Shown: piece by piece, positions 21,985 through 33,232 of the stretch
Layout: the number at the start of each line of letters is the position of its first letter
Position numbering within the stretch: position 1 is the stretch's first letter
Origin: Octopus bimaculoides
Taxonomy: Eukaryota
Direction of reading: 5' to 3'
Length of the DNA: 41,801 bases
Assembly: GCF_001194135.2 (NCBI RefSeq)
Contig: NC_068988.1
Location: forward strand, 91,725,637-91,767,437
The notes under the pieces: generated by a model
Told to the model about the DNA's origin: nothing
What the model saw: the letters and a program-made list of their open reading frames with translations, nothing else
Database searches by the model: none
Position numbers and translations under genes: made by a program

Positions 21985-22660
21985 TCATTATCATCATTTT
22001 TATTACTGTTGCTTTTACTCCTCAGGAAGTTCGGTCATGATTGTTCTGGTAGATTCTGTAAGAGCAGACAGCAGCTTGCCGTCAGATGTCTCACAGGGTC
22101 TCTTTCCGCACATTATAAGCTTTGCTACTTGGTTGTTAATTATCGTGGGAGGCATTCGACATCCAAGTACCAATCTCAAAATCTAACCGTCCCCAGCAGA
22201 GTAGTTTTTTGGGCTTGCTCTACTCTCATGTCAATTCCGACTTCTTTGACATATTTCTCGAACTTGGTGGTTAGTGCTCCGAGTCCTCCTACAAATACTG
22301 GAATGACATAGTCTACATTCTTGCAATTTCGTCTTTTAGTAGTCTGCACTTTTCAATCCTTTCTAGTTTGCCATTTATGCATGCATCTCCAGGAATTGCA
22401 ATATCTATGATCTTGGTTTCCTTTCTTCCTTTGTCTACCACAACAATATCTGGTCTCCGAGCCTCGATTAGGGAGTCACATTGGATTGGAAAATCCCACA
22501 GTATCTTATGTTCCTCGTTCTCAGTGACTACTTCTGGTTCATGTTCGTACTATTTCCGTGCTCTGTTCAGGTCGTACTTTTCACACAGCTTCCTGTGGAC
22601 GAACTTAGCTACGTTATCGTGCCTCCTTTTGTAATGCATTTGAGCCAGCTTGCTAACTCA
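21985..22660 (-). mobile_element. R4/Dong-like retrotransposon, 5'-truncated 3' end
   Basis: Minus: YKRRHDNVAKFVHRKLC...EHKILWDFPIQCDSLIEARRPDIVVV...DIAIPGDA...VIPVFVGGLGALT...QKTTLLGT, then 3' UTR and a (GAT/AAT)-type tail. Confidence 0.92.
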
Positions 22661-22661
22661 C

Positions 22662-22666
22662 ATTAT

Positions 22667-22718
<52 letters not shown>

Positions 22719-22726
22719 GCTACTAC

Positions 22727-22790
<64 letters not shown>
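22662..22790. repeat. Compound (TAC)n(TAT)n microsatellite
   Basis: Direct reading. Confidence 0.98.
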
Positions 22791-22792
<2 letters not shown>

Positions 22793-23005
22793 GGTGGCGA
22801 GCTGGCAGAAACGTTAGCATACTGGGCAAAATGCTTAGCGGAATTTCGTCTGTCTTTACGTTTTGAGTACAAATTCCGCCGAGGTCGACTTTGCCTTTCA
22901 TCCTATCGGGGTTGATAAATTAAGTACCAGTTGCGTAGTGGGGTCGATCTAGTCGACTGGTCCCCTCCCTCAAAATTTCGGGCTTTGTGCCCAGAGTAGA
23001 AAAGA
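22791..23005 (+). mobile_element. SINE family A, near full length
   Basis: AAGGTGGCGAGCTGGCAGAAACGTTAGCA...GTACAAATTCC...GAGTAGAAAAGATTATT tail. Confidence 0.95.
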
Positions 23006-23037
23006 TTATTATTATTGTTGTTGTTGTTGCTTGTTGT

Positions 23038-24445
23038 TTTGATTCTCGCGGCACTATTTGCGGTTGTTCTTTACATGAAAGCAGGCAATAGCAAATCACC
23101 AAATGTTTCAAGTAGTGTCTTCTCCTGTGACTCAAAAAGACAATACTCTCCTTAGAATGTGACCTGTACCCAACAATGCTATCTTTTGGATCACCTCAAG
23201 CCTAACAGCAGCCCCAATATTCTTAATATGTTTTTCAAGGCTCTTGGAAACTGCTCCCAATGCTCCAATTACCACCGGTATCACCATTACTTTCCACATG
23301 CTCCATAGCTATTTTTTTATCTCGTCCTGCAGTGGCTGGTATTTCTCATTCTTTTCTGTTTCTTTACATTTCAGCCTCGAATCGCCTAGTATTGCAACAT
23401 CTGTTATCTTTGTTTCTTTTTCATTTTTATGGATGATCACTATATCTGGCCGTCTCGCCTCTATGACTTGGTCGCACTCTATGTTAAAATTCCAGAGTAT
23501 TTTGTAATGTTCGTTGTCCATTATTCCCTCTGGCTTGTGTTCATACCATTGTTCGGCTCTCTCGAGGTTTGCTTTACCGCACAACAGCCAGTGGACATAT
23601 CTGGCCACATTGTTGTGTCTCCTTTTGTGTTCGCGTTGTGCGAGCTTACAGCACTCACTAACAATATGGCTTATACTTTTTCCCTTCTCAGAGCACATCC
23701 TACACTGTGGCGAGCCAGTGCTTTATCAATGTGATATTTAGAGTGGTTTGTTCTGAGAGCTTGTTCTTGGGCGCTGCACTTTAATGCATCAGTGGGCCCT
23801 TTTAAGTCTCCTTTCTGTAGCCATTGTCAGGTTCTATTCCAATCAATCTCATCTTTATTCTTCAAGAATTGACCGTGCATTTTCTTGTCCTGACAAATTT
23901 TCTTCATCTGTCTTTTCTGGTCTTTCTTAAATAGTGCTAGATCTACGGCTTCGTTCACTTTTAAGGTTCCCTGCATTTTCACTGCTTCAATCATTTCTTC
24001 TTTACTCCCCTTGACATACCAAGCCAGGCTATTTTCTTCCCTTACACAATCTTCACAACACACCAATCCCCGTCCTCCTTCTTTCCTCTTTGCATACAGT
24101 CTTGACACATCACTCTTGGGGTGTAGTTCCTTGTTCATTGTTATTAATTTACGTGTTCTCCGGTCTATCTCTTGTAACTCATTCTTCTTCCAATATACTA
24201 TTCCTGCCCCATATCTTATCAAAGCAGCCGCCCACGTGTTAATTGTTCTAATCTTAGAGCAGTCATTTAGCTTCGATTGGAGCACAAGCCGACTTCTCCT
24301 CAAATACTCTTTCCTGTACATTTCTTTCATCTTGTGTCCATTCATCTTATCTCTTTCAATGACACCCAGGTACTTATATCCTTCTTCTCCGACTTCCTTT
24401 ATAGTTTCGCCACTTTCCCGCTTCTCAGTGAATAGAAACCTAAAA
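23038..24445 (-). mobile_element. R4/Dong-like retrotransposon, 5'-truncated (RT end, thumb, CCHC, REL)
   Basis: GEEGYKYLG, INTWAAALIRYGAGIVYW, LHPKSDVSRLY..RKEGGRGL, C..K..SISHIVSEC (zinc knuckle), ARRPDIVII...DVAILGD...EKYQPLQDE, PVVIGALG...LLGTGHILRRVL*; (AAC)n(AAT)n tail at 23006-23040. Confidence 0.96.
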
Positions 24446-24806
24446 TATATGCTCTAACGGAGACATGACAACCTAGTTTCCGTTAAAGGCACTAATACAC
24501 ATTCGCTACACATATGAAAGATAGTATTGTACTTCACCCTCATATGACACGAACACACAAGTAGGACTTTCATCAAAGTCACTACAAATACTAGACACCA
24601 AAATCTTAATGATCCCCCACAGTGGCCCCCACCAGATGTATGTATGTACGTATGTATGTACGTATGTATGTACGTATGTATGTATGCCATTATTCAGAAC
24701 ATTTCAAAATTTCTTGCTAATAGAGCAAGATCTGATTTCATTGGAATTTCAACAACATCAACAGGATATTTTTGCAAGTATGGGTGTATATGTGCAGTCA
24801 ATGCAC

Positions 24807-24890
24807 GTGCAGGTCTGTATGTTTTGTTTTATGTATGCATATTTATGCGTGTAATTGCATGCCTAGACATGCGCATATATACCTGAACTT
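24807..24890 (-). mobile_element. 3'-UTR remnant of the (CATA)n-embedded REL family
   Basis: GTGCAGGTCTGTATGTTTTGTTTTATGTATG...CTAGACATGCGCATATA aligns by eye with GTGCAGATTTGTAAGATTTGCTTTATGTATG...CTAGACATGCACATATA at 32828-32910. Confidence 0.65.
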
Positions 24891-24920
24891 ATGTATGTAT
24901 ATATGTATGTATGTATGTAG

Positions 24921-25506
24921 CATGTTAGAAGAAGTCGCGGTGGCTGTCTTAAGGATGAATAATTGGAGGTCTCCGGGTATGGATGACATTCATGCAGAGT
25001 CGTTGCAGCATGGTGGTGAGAAACTTCTGCAGCAACTTCACTCCTTGTTTGGCAGGATATGGCGTAGTGAATTTGTACCTGAGGACTGGAGAGATACAGT
25101 AATGGTGGTCTTATATAAGGGAAAGGGTAACAGGAATGACTGTGGTAACTACAGGGGAATATCATTGCTTTCTGTCGTAGGAAAGGTTCTATGCAGGGTA
25201 CTTCTAGACCGTCTGCTGAAACACGTTGCAGATTGTGTTCTTCCAGAAAGTCAATCTGGCTGTCGTGTGGGACGCGGCACTGCTGTTGTGATCTTTTCAG
25301 CTAGACAGCTTCAGGAAAAGTGTGTGGAACAGGGTCTCGATTTATATCAGGTTTTTGTCGATCTGACAAAGGCCTTTGATACAGTTAACAGAAAAGCACT
25401 ATGGAAGATCCTCCAGAAACTTAGTTGTCCTGAAAAGTTCCTTGCTGTGGTTAGGTCTTTTCATGAAGACATGAAGGGTAGAGTTAATGTTAGAGGTAAA
25501 AAAAAA
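24921..25506 (+). mobile_element. Internal RTE/BovB-like RT fragment, open frame, between (TATG)n tracts
   Basis: LEEVAVAV..M..WRSPGMDDIHAE...NYRGISLLSVVGKVL...LPESQSG...QLQEKC...FVDLTKAFDTVNR; ~190 codons without a stop, ending in A9. Confidence 0.95.
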
Positions 25507-25624
25507 TGTCGTGTATGTATGTATGTGTGTATGTATGTATGTGTGTATGTATGTATGTGTGTATGTATGTATGTATGTATGTATGTATGTATGTATGTAT
25601 GTATGTATAAATATATATAGCATT

Positions 25625-25960
25625 ATTAAAACGAGCCTGGCGACTAGGTTTTCTCTTCAGAGCTCGAAAATGGATCAGTTGCGATCAGTTACTGTGCTCA
25701 AGTGAGACTCACATCAGAATGTTGTTCGCACATATGGGACACTGCCGCTGCTACACAGACAAACATCCTAATCCCACCTCCAAAAGAAGATCATTCAGCT
25801 GACTGACAATGGATCACTCAGCAACTCATGAGAACACCTGGTACACTGATTTTTCTTTTTCATCTCATATTACAATGACCTTTGGTCTTCAAAGCTACTT
25901 AGCAACTTCCCCTCTACATGAAACATCATTCTCGTTGCCCACTCTGTCTCATACTTCAAA
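25625..25960 (+). mobile_element. Decayed CR1/Jockey-group LINE, post-RT fragment
   Basis: KRAWRLGFLFRARKW...AQVRLTSECCSHIWDTAAAT resembles LYKAQVRPxLEYCSHIW. Confidence 0.6.
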
Positions 25961-26192
25961 TCTTCTCGTTGCCTATGTTGCATCTCACACCTCAAATCTC
26001 GTAACACGAAATCTCGTACATCTCTAATCTAGTACTATATTGCTTTGTCCAATTTTTCCTCTATTGATCAAAATCATATTATAGCAAGAAGAGAAAGTAG
26101 TGTACAGGACCGTTTACGGCAGTGATTCTCAACTAGAGTTTATGTGACCCTTGGGGTTCCATACAAGATTTTGTTATTAAAATCTATATGCA

Positions 26193-26345
26193 GTGGTAAG
26201 TAGCTTGCTTACCAACCACATGGTTCTGGGTTCATTCCCTCTGCGTGGCACCTTGGGCAAGTGTCTTCTACTATAGCCTCGGGCCGACCAAAGCCTTGTG
26301 AGTGGATTTGGTAGACGGAAACTGAAAGAAGCCCGTCGTATATAT
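26193..26345 (+). mobile_element. SINE family B 5' half
   Basis: GTGGTAAGTAGCTTGCTTACCAACCACATGGTTCTGGGTTCATTCCC...GGTAGACGGAAACTGAAAGAAGCCCGTCG. Confidence 0.93.
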
Positions 26346-26907
26346 GTATATATATATATATATATATATNNNNNNNNNNNNNNNNNNNNNNNNNNNNNNN
26401 NNNNNNNNNNNNNNNNNNNNNNNNNNNNNNNNNNNNNNNNNNNNNNNNNNNNNNNNNNNNNNNNNNNNNNNNNNNNNNNNNNNNNNNNNNNNNNNNNNNN
26501 NNNNNNNNNNNNNNNNNNNNNNNNNNNNNNNNNNNNNNNNNNNNNNNNNNNNNNNNNNNNNNNNNNNNNNNNNNNNNNNNNNNNNNNNNNNNNNNNNNNN
26601 NNNNNNNNNNNNNNNNNNNNNNNNNNNNNNNNNNNNNNNNNNNNNNNNNNNNNNNNNNNNNNNNNNNNNNNNNNNNNNNNNNNNNNNNNNNNNNNNNNNN
26701 NNNNNNNNNNNNNNNNNNNNNNNNNNNNNNNNNNNNNNNNNNNNNNNNNNNNNNNNNNNNNNNNNNNNNNNNNNNNNNNNNNNNNNNNNNNNNNNNNNNN
26801 NNNNNNNNNNNNNNNNNNNNNNNNNNNNNNNNNNNNNNNNNNNNNNNNNNNNNNNNNNNNNNNNNNNNNNNNNNNNNNNNNNNNNNNNNNNNNNNNNNNN
26901 NNNNNNN

Positions 26908-27034
26908 GGTTTAGCGGGTCACCAAGACATTAGTCTTGGTGACCCGCTAAACCTGTGTTTATAATTGGTCTTGGTGACCCGCTAAACCTGTATTTATAAT
27001 TGGTCTTGGTGACCCGCTAAACCTGTGTTTATAA
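26908..27034. repeat. 21-bp perfect hairpin fused to a 35-bp tandem repeat x3
   Basis: GGTTTAGCGGGTCACCAAGAC-ATTA-GTCTTGGTGACCCGCTAAACC; units start at 26933, 26968 and 27003. Confidence 0.95.
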
Positions 27035-27460
27035 AGAAGCGGGAAGGAATCACCAACCGAGATTTGGCTTGAATGCTTGCAACGAAGAGGACCTCGATAA
27101 AGGCTCCCAGCCAAGGGACCAAATAACGGTTACCCGGCAGTTATTAACAAGAAAAACTACAAAGTGAATATTAAAACCCATCGGATTCTCCGCCCACTTT
27201 CAACGGTCATCAATGCAGCCCCCGCCTACCAGCCCCTGCTTACCTTTCTGTCTTTGTAATAACAACAACAAAAATGTCACCCACTCACTACACTCCGTCC
27301 AACGAGTCAACAGTCGTTTACAGCAATTGGTGAAACCAATCAATTCACCTTTTGGTGAGCGTCAAATGTGTCTTTTTATGTGTGTGCGTGTGAGTTGTGT
27401 GAGACTCTGTGTGTGTGTGTGTGTGCGTATTTGTGTATCAATGTGCATTTGCGCGTATCA

Positions 27461-27526
<66 letters not shown>

Positions 27527-27639
27527 TTGAATACTCGTTAGTCGGCTTCAAAGGATTATCTGTGGCCCTTTATTGAGATCAGGATTTAATCCTACTACTT
27601 AGAGCTGAACAGCTTTACGGTAATTAAGGAATAAGTAGT

Positions 27640-27825
27640 AGTAGTAGTAGTAGTAGTAGAGTTGTTACTGGTGATGGTGATGATAGTGGCATTGGTACAG
27701 ATCGTGATTGTGGAGGTGGTGGTAGCGATGGAGAGATCTTGGTCGTGGTAGATGTGGTGATGGTGGCGGTAGTGGCAGGAGTATTGGTCATGGTGGTGGT
27801 CGTGGTGTTGGTTATTGCTTAGCAT
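27640..27825. repeat. Degenerate trinucleotide low-complexity tract (GTA/GGT/GAT)
   Basis: Direct reading; gives the poly-T/H ORF 27595..27825. Confidence 0.9.
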
Positions 27826-27846
27826 AAGGTCAGCTTCGATCTAGAA

Positions 27847-28146
27847 CAGTGGTTCTTAAACGGGGCCCATATGGGCCCTGATGGTCCATATAAGGCTTCT
27901 GGGGATCCACAGTAGTATATTAAGGGCCCCTGATAAAAATTATGTTTTAGATGTATGTATCGGTATGTATTGCAAGGAACAGCTTAGTTTCTTTGTCTAA
28001 CATTTTACATAATTCAAACTACACACGCTAAAGGGTGAGAAACAAGATAGGAATTTTGAAAGAAGTATCTATAAAATTAGTTTTTAAACATCGAATGGCT
28101 ACGAAGGTCCACCGGAATAGAATAATAATCAAAGAGGTCCATAGAT
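27847..28146. mobile_element. hAT (Charlie-like) MITE, left part; same family as 39919-40284
   Basis: Starts CAGTGGTTCT after ATCTAGAA (NTCTAGAN-type target); shares ATAGGAATTTTGAAA.AAGTATCTATAAAA with the second copy; right end lost under SINEs. Confidence 0.75.
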
Positions 28147-28445
28147 AGGCGTAGGAGTGGCTGTGTGGTAAGTAGCTTGCTTACCAACCACATGGCACCT
28201 TGGGCAAGTGTCTTCTACTATAGCCGCGGGTCGACCAAAACCTTGTGAGTGGATTTGGTAGACGGTAACTGAAAGAAGCCCGTCGTATATATGTATATAT
28301 ATATGTATGTGTGTGTATATGTTTGTGTGTCTGTGTTTGTGCCTCCACCCCAACATTGCTTGACGACCGATACTGGTGTGTTTACGTCCCCGTAACTTAG
28401 CGGTTCGGCAAAAGATTCCGATAGAATAAGTACTAGGCTTACAAA
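28147..28445 (+). mobile_element. Composite SINE B/C with B-box deletion
   Basis: GGCGTAGGAGTGGCTGTGTGGTAAGTAGC...ACCACATGG|CACCTTGGG...GTTTACGTCCCCGTAACTTAGCGGTTCGGC. Confidence 0.92.
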
Positions 28446-28742
28446 GAATTTGAACGCAGAACGTAAGGACGGACGAAATGCTGCAAAGCATTTTCCCGGC
28501 GTGCTAACGATTCTGCCAGCCCACCGCCTTAATGATAATAATCCTTTCTACTTTTAGCACAAGGCCTGAAATTTGGGGATGGGGGATGATCGGTTACATC
28601 AACCCCAGTACTCAACTGGTACTTTATTTATCGACCCCGAAAGGATGAAAGGCAAAGTCGACCTCGGTGGAATTTGAACTCAGAATGTAAAGACAGACGA
28701 AATGCCGCTAAGCATTTTGCCCGGCGTGCTAACGATTCGTTG
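28446..28742 (-). mobile_element. Two tandem SINE family A pieces (28446-28530, 28540-28742)
   Basis: Two successive GGCGTGCTAACGATTC head motifs; the second copy is nearly complete. Confidence 0.88.
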
Positions 28743-28745
28743 CAC

Positions 28746-28793
<48 letters not shown>

Positions 28794-28795
<2 letters not shown>

Positions 28796-28936
28796 ATTGT
28801 CGGAGCCCTGGGAACAGTGAGTAAAAGTCAAGAGATGTACATGGAACAAAGAGGCTGCAATAACGGTAGAGCACTTGCAGAAAACAGCACTGCTTGGAAC
28901 TTCTCGAATAATCTGGACGGTGCTCGAAAAATAAGG

Positions 28937-28938
<2 letters not shown>
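28794..28938 (+). mobile_element. R4/Dong-like extreme 3' fragment between (TAG)n and (TAA)n
   Basis: IVGALGTVSKSQEMYMEQ...TVEHLQKTALLGTSRIIWTVLEK* with one frameshift; (TAG)n at 28746-28793 and (TAA)n at 28939-28990. Confidence 0.85.
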
Positions 28939-28990
<52 letters not shown>

Positions 28991-29481
28991 CATATACATT
29001 GTTTTGTCTTGGTATAAAAAGATGGGCTACAGCAAATATTCTGCTTAATACCACAGATTTGCTTGTCAGCCGTTTGACCTTAAACAGTTGAGCATGTCCC
29101 TTGGTGGCTGACGATATGTGTATCTCTGATCACGAGCAGAAGTAGTGGGGGAGCATCATGGCCATGTGTTGAGAGGAATTCTTTGGGGTTTGAATAATTC
29201 ACCTTTGGAAACATGGGTATTTTGCTCAACATCCTTAAACAAACCTTATTCAGGGACCTTTTGAGCGGTATGGGCTACTCAATCTGAAGAAAATTCTAAC
29301 TGGGCCCCACCTGCGAGGTCATGCGCCGTTTATCTTGAAATGAGATCACCATGTCGCGTACATATGGTTGTGATGCATGTGCCTGGTGTACCCTTAACAG
29401 ACGGGTAGTCATGATGGGTGTACTGGGCTTCGTATATTTTACCCCAGTGTCACTTTGATGGCATGCACTGCTCTCTCACTC
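28991..29481 (+). repeat. Interspersed repeat ending in (AAT/AAC)n, probable non-LTR 3' UTR
   Basis: Non-coding 490 bp bracketed by (TAA)n on the left and (AAT/AAC)n at 29482-29529. Recalled as a common octopus repeat; not verified. Confidence 0.55.
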
Positions 29482-29529
29482 AATAATAATAACAACAACA
29501 ACAACAATAATAATAATAATAATAATAAT

Positions 29530-29742
29530 CTTTTCTACTCTAGGCACAGGGCACAAAATATTTGGGGAGGGGACCAGTCGATTAGATCGACCTTAGAATG
29601 CAACTGGTACTTAATTTATCGACCCCGAAAGGATGAACGGAAAAATCGACCTCGGAGGAATTTGAACTCAGAATGTAGCGACGGAAGAAATACCGCTAAG
29701 CATTTTGTCCAGCCTGCTAACGATTCTGCCATCTCGGTGCCT
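29530..29742 (-). mobile_element. SINE family A
   Basis: CTTTTCTACTCTAGGCACAGGGC...GACCCCGAAAGGATGAA...GCTAACGATTCTGCC. Confidence 0.92.
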
Positions 29743-31043
29743 TCCTCATAATAAAACAAGAAAAACACAATGAGACATATGAGTTAATTCTGGTTTCTTC
29801 CCACACTCCGTAGAAACAGTTTCAATTCTCGGTTGCAGCTCACTTCATTTTCTTTCGGTCACTTCATATGATCGGATCATGCATGAACGTCACATATTCC
29901 TCGTAAGCCTCCTTTTCTCTCTTTTACAAGCAACATCCAATGCTTCCATATCTGAAATCGATATTCCATTACTTAAGCACATGATTTGCTGACGCACGCT
30001 TGCACACACGCACACACGCACACACGCACACACGCACACACGCACACACGCACACACAGACAGGACAGACAGACATTCATTCATGCGCGAATAGGCATAC
30101 GCACNNNNNNNNNNNNNNNNNNNNNNNNNNNNNNNNNNNNNNNNNNNNNNNNNNNNNNNNNNNNNNNNNNNNNNNNNNNNNNNNNNNNNNNNNNNNNNNN
30201 NNNNNNNNNNNNNNNNNNNNNNNNNNNNNNNNNNNNNNNNNNNNNNNNNNNNNNNNNNNNNNNNNNNNNNNNNNNNNNNNNNNNNNNNNNNNNNNNNNNN
30301 NNNNNNNNNNNNNNNNNNNNNNNNNNNNNNNNNNNNNNNNNNNNNNNNNNNNNNNNNNNNNNNNNNNNNNNNNNNNNNNNNNNNNNNNNNNNNNNNNNNN
30401 NNNNNNNNNNNNNNNNNNNNNNNNNNNNNNNNNNNNNNNNNNNNNNNNNNNNNNNNNNNNNNNNNNNNNNNNNNNNNNNNNNNNNNNNNNNNNNNNNNNN
30501 NNNNNNNNNNNNNNNNNNNNNNNNNNNNNNNNNNNNNNNNNNNNNNNNNNNNNNNNNNNNNNNNNNNNNNNNNNNNNNNNNNNNNNNNNNNNNNNNNNNN
30601 NNNNNNNNNNNNNNNNNNNNNNNNNNNNNNNNNNNNNNNNNNNNNNNNNNNNNNNNNNNNNNNNNNNNNNNNNNNNNNNNNNNNNNNNNNNNNNNNNNNN
30701 NNNNNNNNNNNNNNNNNNNNNNNNNNNNNNNNNNNNNNNNNNNNNNNNNNNNNNNNNNNNNNNNNNNNNNNNNNNNNNNNNNNNNNNNNNNNNNNNNNNN
30801 NNNNNNNNNNNNNNNNNNNNNNGCATCACACTACACAGCAAAGGGGTGGGAGAGAGTGGTTTATGTCCCCACCCTCTCCCCTGCACCTATCACATTAGCC
30901 CATAGCACTTGTTAGACTTTACCGATGACTCATACCAGTGGTTTTTGTGAATAGAGACAGAGGGGGGGAGTGGTGAGAGGGGGAGAAAGAGAGGGGAAAA
31001 GAGAGAGCGGGAGTGCGATTTAATGAGTCAAGCAAGCCTTTGG

Positions 31044-31089
<46 letters not shown>

Positions 31090-31155
31090 CCTCTCTCTCT
31101 CTCACTCCCACTCTCCTACTCTCTATGTGTGTGTGTATACATACATATATATATG

Positions 31156-31186
<31 letters not shown>

Positions 31187-31877
31187 GTATATATGCACAC
31201 AATCACAAATATACACATACACACAAGCTCATAAATGCATATATCTATCTTTATGTGTGTGTGAGTGCGTATGTGCGTGAGTGTGTGTGTGTGCGTGTAT
31301 GTGTGTGTGTGTGTCTGTCCATCTATATAAATATATACATACACGCACACATACACGCGCTGTGCACACATATACACACACTCACAGTGATATACATATA
31401 CGTGAATGTGTGCCTTGATTCATGTTATATGCTTTTTGGTTTTCTGTTTTAGGTATTACACACACACACACAAACAAACACACACACAAACAAACACACA
31501 CACAAACAAACACACACACACACACACACATATTCAATGCGGTGCTCCAGCATGGCCGCAATCCTATGACAGAAACCGTTAAAAGAATATATATATATAT
31601 ATATATATATCACATATATCGCATAGGTTAGAACTATTTCACTTCAACGGGCCCCCGGTCTCTTTAACATCATGCCAAGGAACATAAGAGAAGAAAAAGA
31701 TTTCATAACATTCAAACATTTCCTGGACGAATAACTCTAGCAACTTCCAGAAAAGCAGACTAAACCTGCAAACAATAGCTCTTCTTTTCACTCGAATGGG
31801 CTTTTGTGCCCAAAGAATGACTGTAATACGAAACACCAATACGTTCTTTTATTATTCATTTATTCATTTATTCATTT

Positions 31878-32104
31878 ACTTGTTTCGTTCAGTTTGCTCC
31901 ATGCAGGAGTATCGCTTTAAGGGGTTTTTAAATATTTTTTTAGTCGTAACAATTGACCCCTGAACTTATTCTTTACAAGCCTAGTACTTATTCTATCGGA
32001 TCCTTTTGCCGAATCGTTAAGTTACGGGGGTGGAAACAAACCACCAACGGTTGTCAAGCGATGGTGTGGGGGACAAACACAAACACAAAGACACACACAC
32101 ATAA

Positions 32105-32150
<46 letters not shown>

Positions 32151-32548
32151 ACATATATATATATTCTTTTATTCTTTTATTTGTTTCATTCATTTGATTG
32201 CGGCCATGCTGGAGTATCGTTTTTAGTCGAACAAATCGACTCCAGGATTTATTTTTTTAAAGCCTAGTACTTATTCTAACGGGCTCTTTTGTCGAACTGC
32301 TAAGTTACAGGGATATAAACACACCAACACCGGTTATCAAGCACTAGTAGGAGACAAAGACAAGCACAAGCACACGCACATGCACATATATACGACAGGC
32401 TTCTTTTCAGTCTCCGTTTACCAAATCCACTGACAAGGCTTTGGTCTACCCGAGACAATAGTAGAAGACACTTGCCTAAGGTGCCACGCAGTGAGACTGA
32501 ACCATGTGGTTGGGAAACAAGCTTCTTAACACACAGCCATACCTGCGT
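31878..32548 (-). mobile_element. Two tandem composite SINE copies (31878-32100 partial; 32190-32548 near full)
   Basis: The AAGCCTAGTACTTATTCTA...GCCGAA..G.TAAGTTAC.GGG block occurs twice; the second continues into the family B head ending CACACAGCCATACCTGCG. Confidence 0.9.
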
Positions 32549-32827
32549 CTATATACATTCATTTATTTAATATAAGCTTACATCTACTTCAGATATGCAT
32601 TTGGGTGAATTCAATTTTCACTTTTATCAATCGATCGATTGATCGATTGAAAATATCAGGAGGGTGACCCGCACTATGATATCGTCTTCAGAGTCGTAAC
32701 AAACCAACTATGTTTGTATGCATGTATTAATGTATGTATGCATGTATTAATGTATGTATGCATGTATTAATGTATGTATGTATGTATGTATGTATGTATG
32801 TATGTATGTATGTATGTATGTATGTAT

Positions 32828-33232
32828 GTGTGCAGATTTGTAAGATTTGCTTTATGTATGTATGTATTCTCATGTATATAGTTGCATATCTAGACATGCA
32901 CATATACATTTAAATGATTAACTTCCGGAAAGTTGTACAGATTTTTATAATTCTAGTAATGGCTTGGATCTGCAGTCTTCGAATAATCTTTTTCCTTTCT
33001 GCCTTTGAGAAGCCTAATTTCTCAAGATTGGTATTTAGGCAGTTTGTTACATATCCCAGTGCCTCAATAATTACAGGTATAAATCTGAACTTGTAATCTG
33101 GGTAGAGTAACTGTAGATTTCTCAACAGTTCAGTGTAGGTATTTTCTTTTTCGCTGATCTTTATGTTAACATCCGCTGGGTAGCTGATTTCCACAACTGT
33201 GCTCAGTCTTTCTTTTCTATTCCAAATCATTA
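32828..33232 (-). mobile_element. 5'-truncated REL-endonuclease retrotransposon (R4/Dong-related) embedded in (CATA)n
   Basis: Open 106-aa frame 32910..33230, MIWNRKERLSTVVEISYPADVN..EKENTY..L..LQLLYPDYKFRFIPVIIEALG...KICTTF, resembles the D..E..K and IP.IIGALG REL C-terminus; ~80-bp 3' UTR; (TATG)n on both sides. Confidence 0.85.

Noticed and set aside
22481-22901. Poly-Tyr/Asn/Ser ORFs (also 28680-29054, 29455-29751, 8770-9117)
   Set aside because: Trinucleotide microsatellite translations.
24772-25620. 282-aa ORF as an intact gene
   Set aside because: Both ends are (TATG)n translations; the core is a partial RT with no YADD and altered conserved residues.
26933-27034. Regularly spaced 35-bp repeats as a CRISPR array
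   Set aside because: Units are contiguous with no unique spacers, no cas genes are present, and the context is eukaryotic.
32625-32650. TCAATCGATCGATTGA palindrome; also (CG)n at 39540
   Set aside because: Explained by simple-repeat slippage; too short to imply function.
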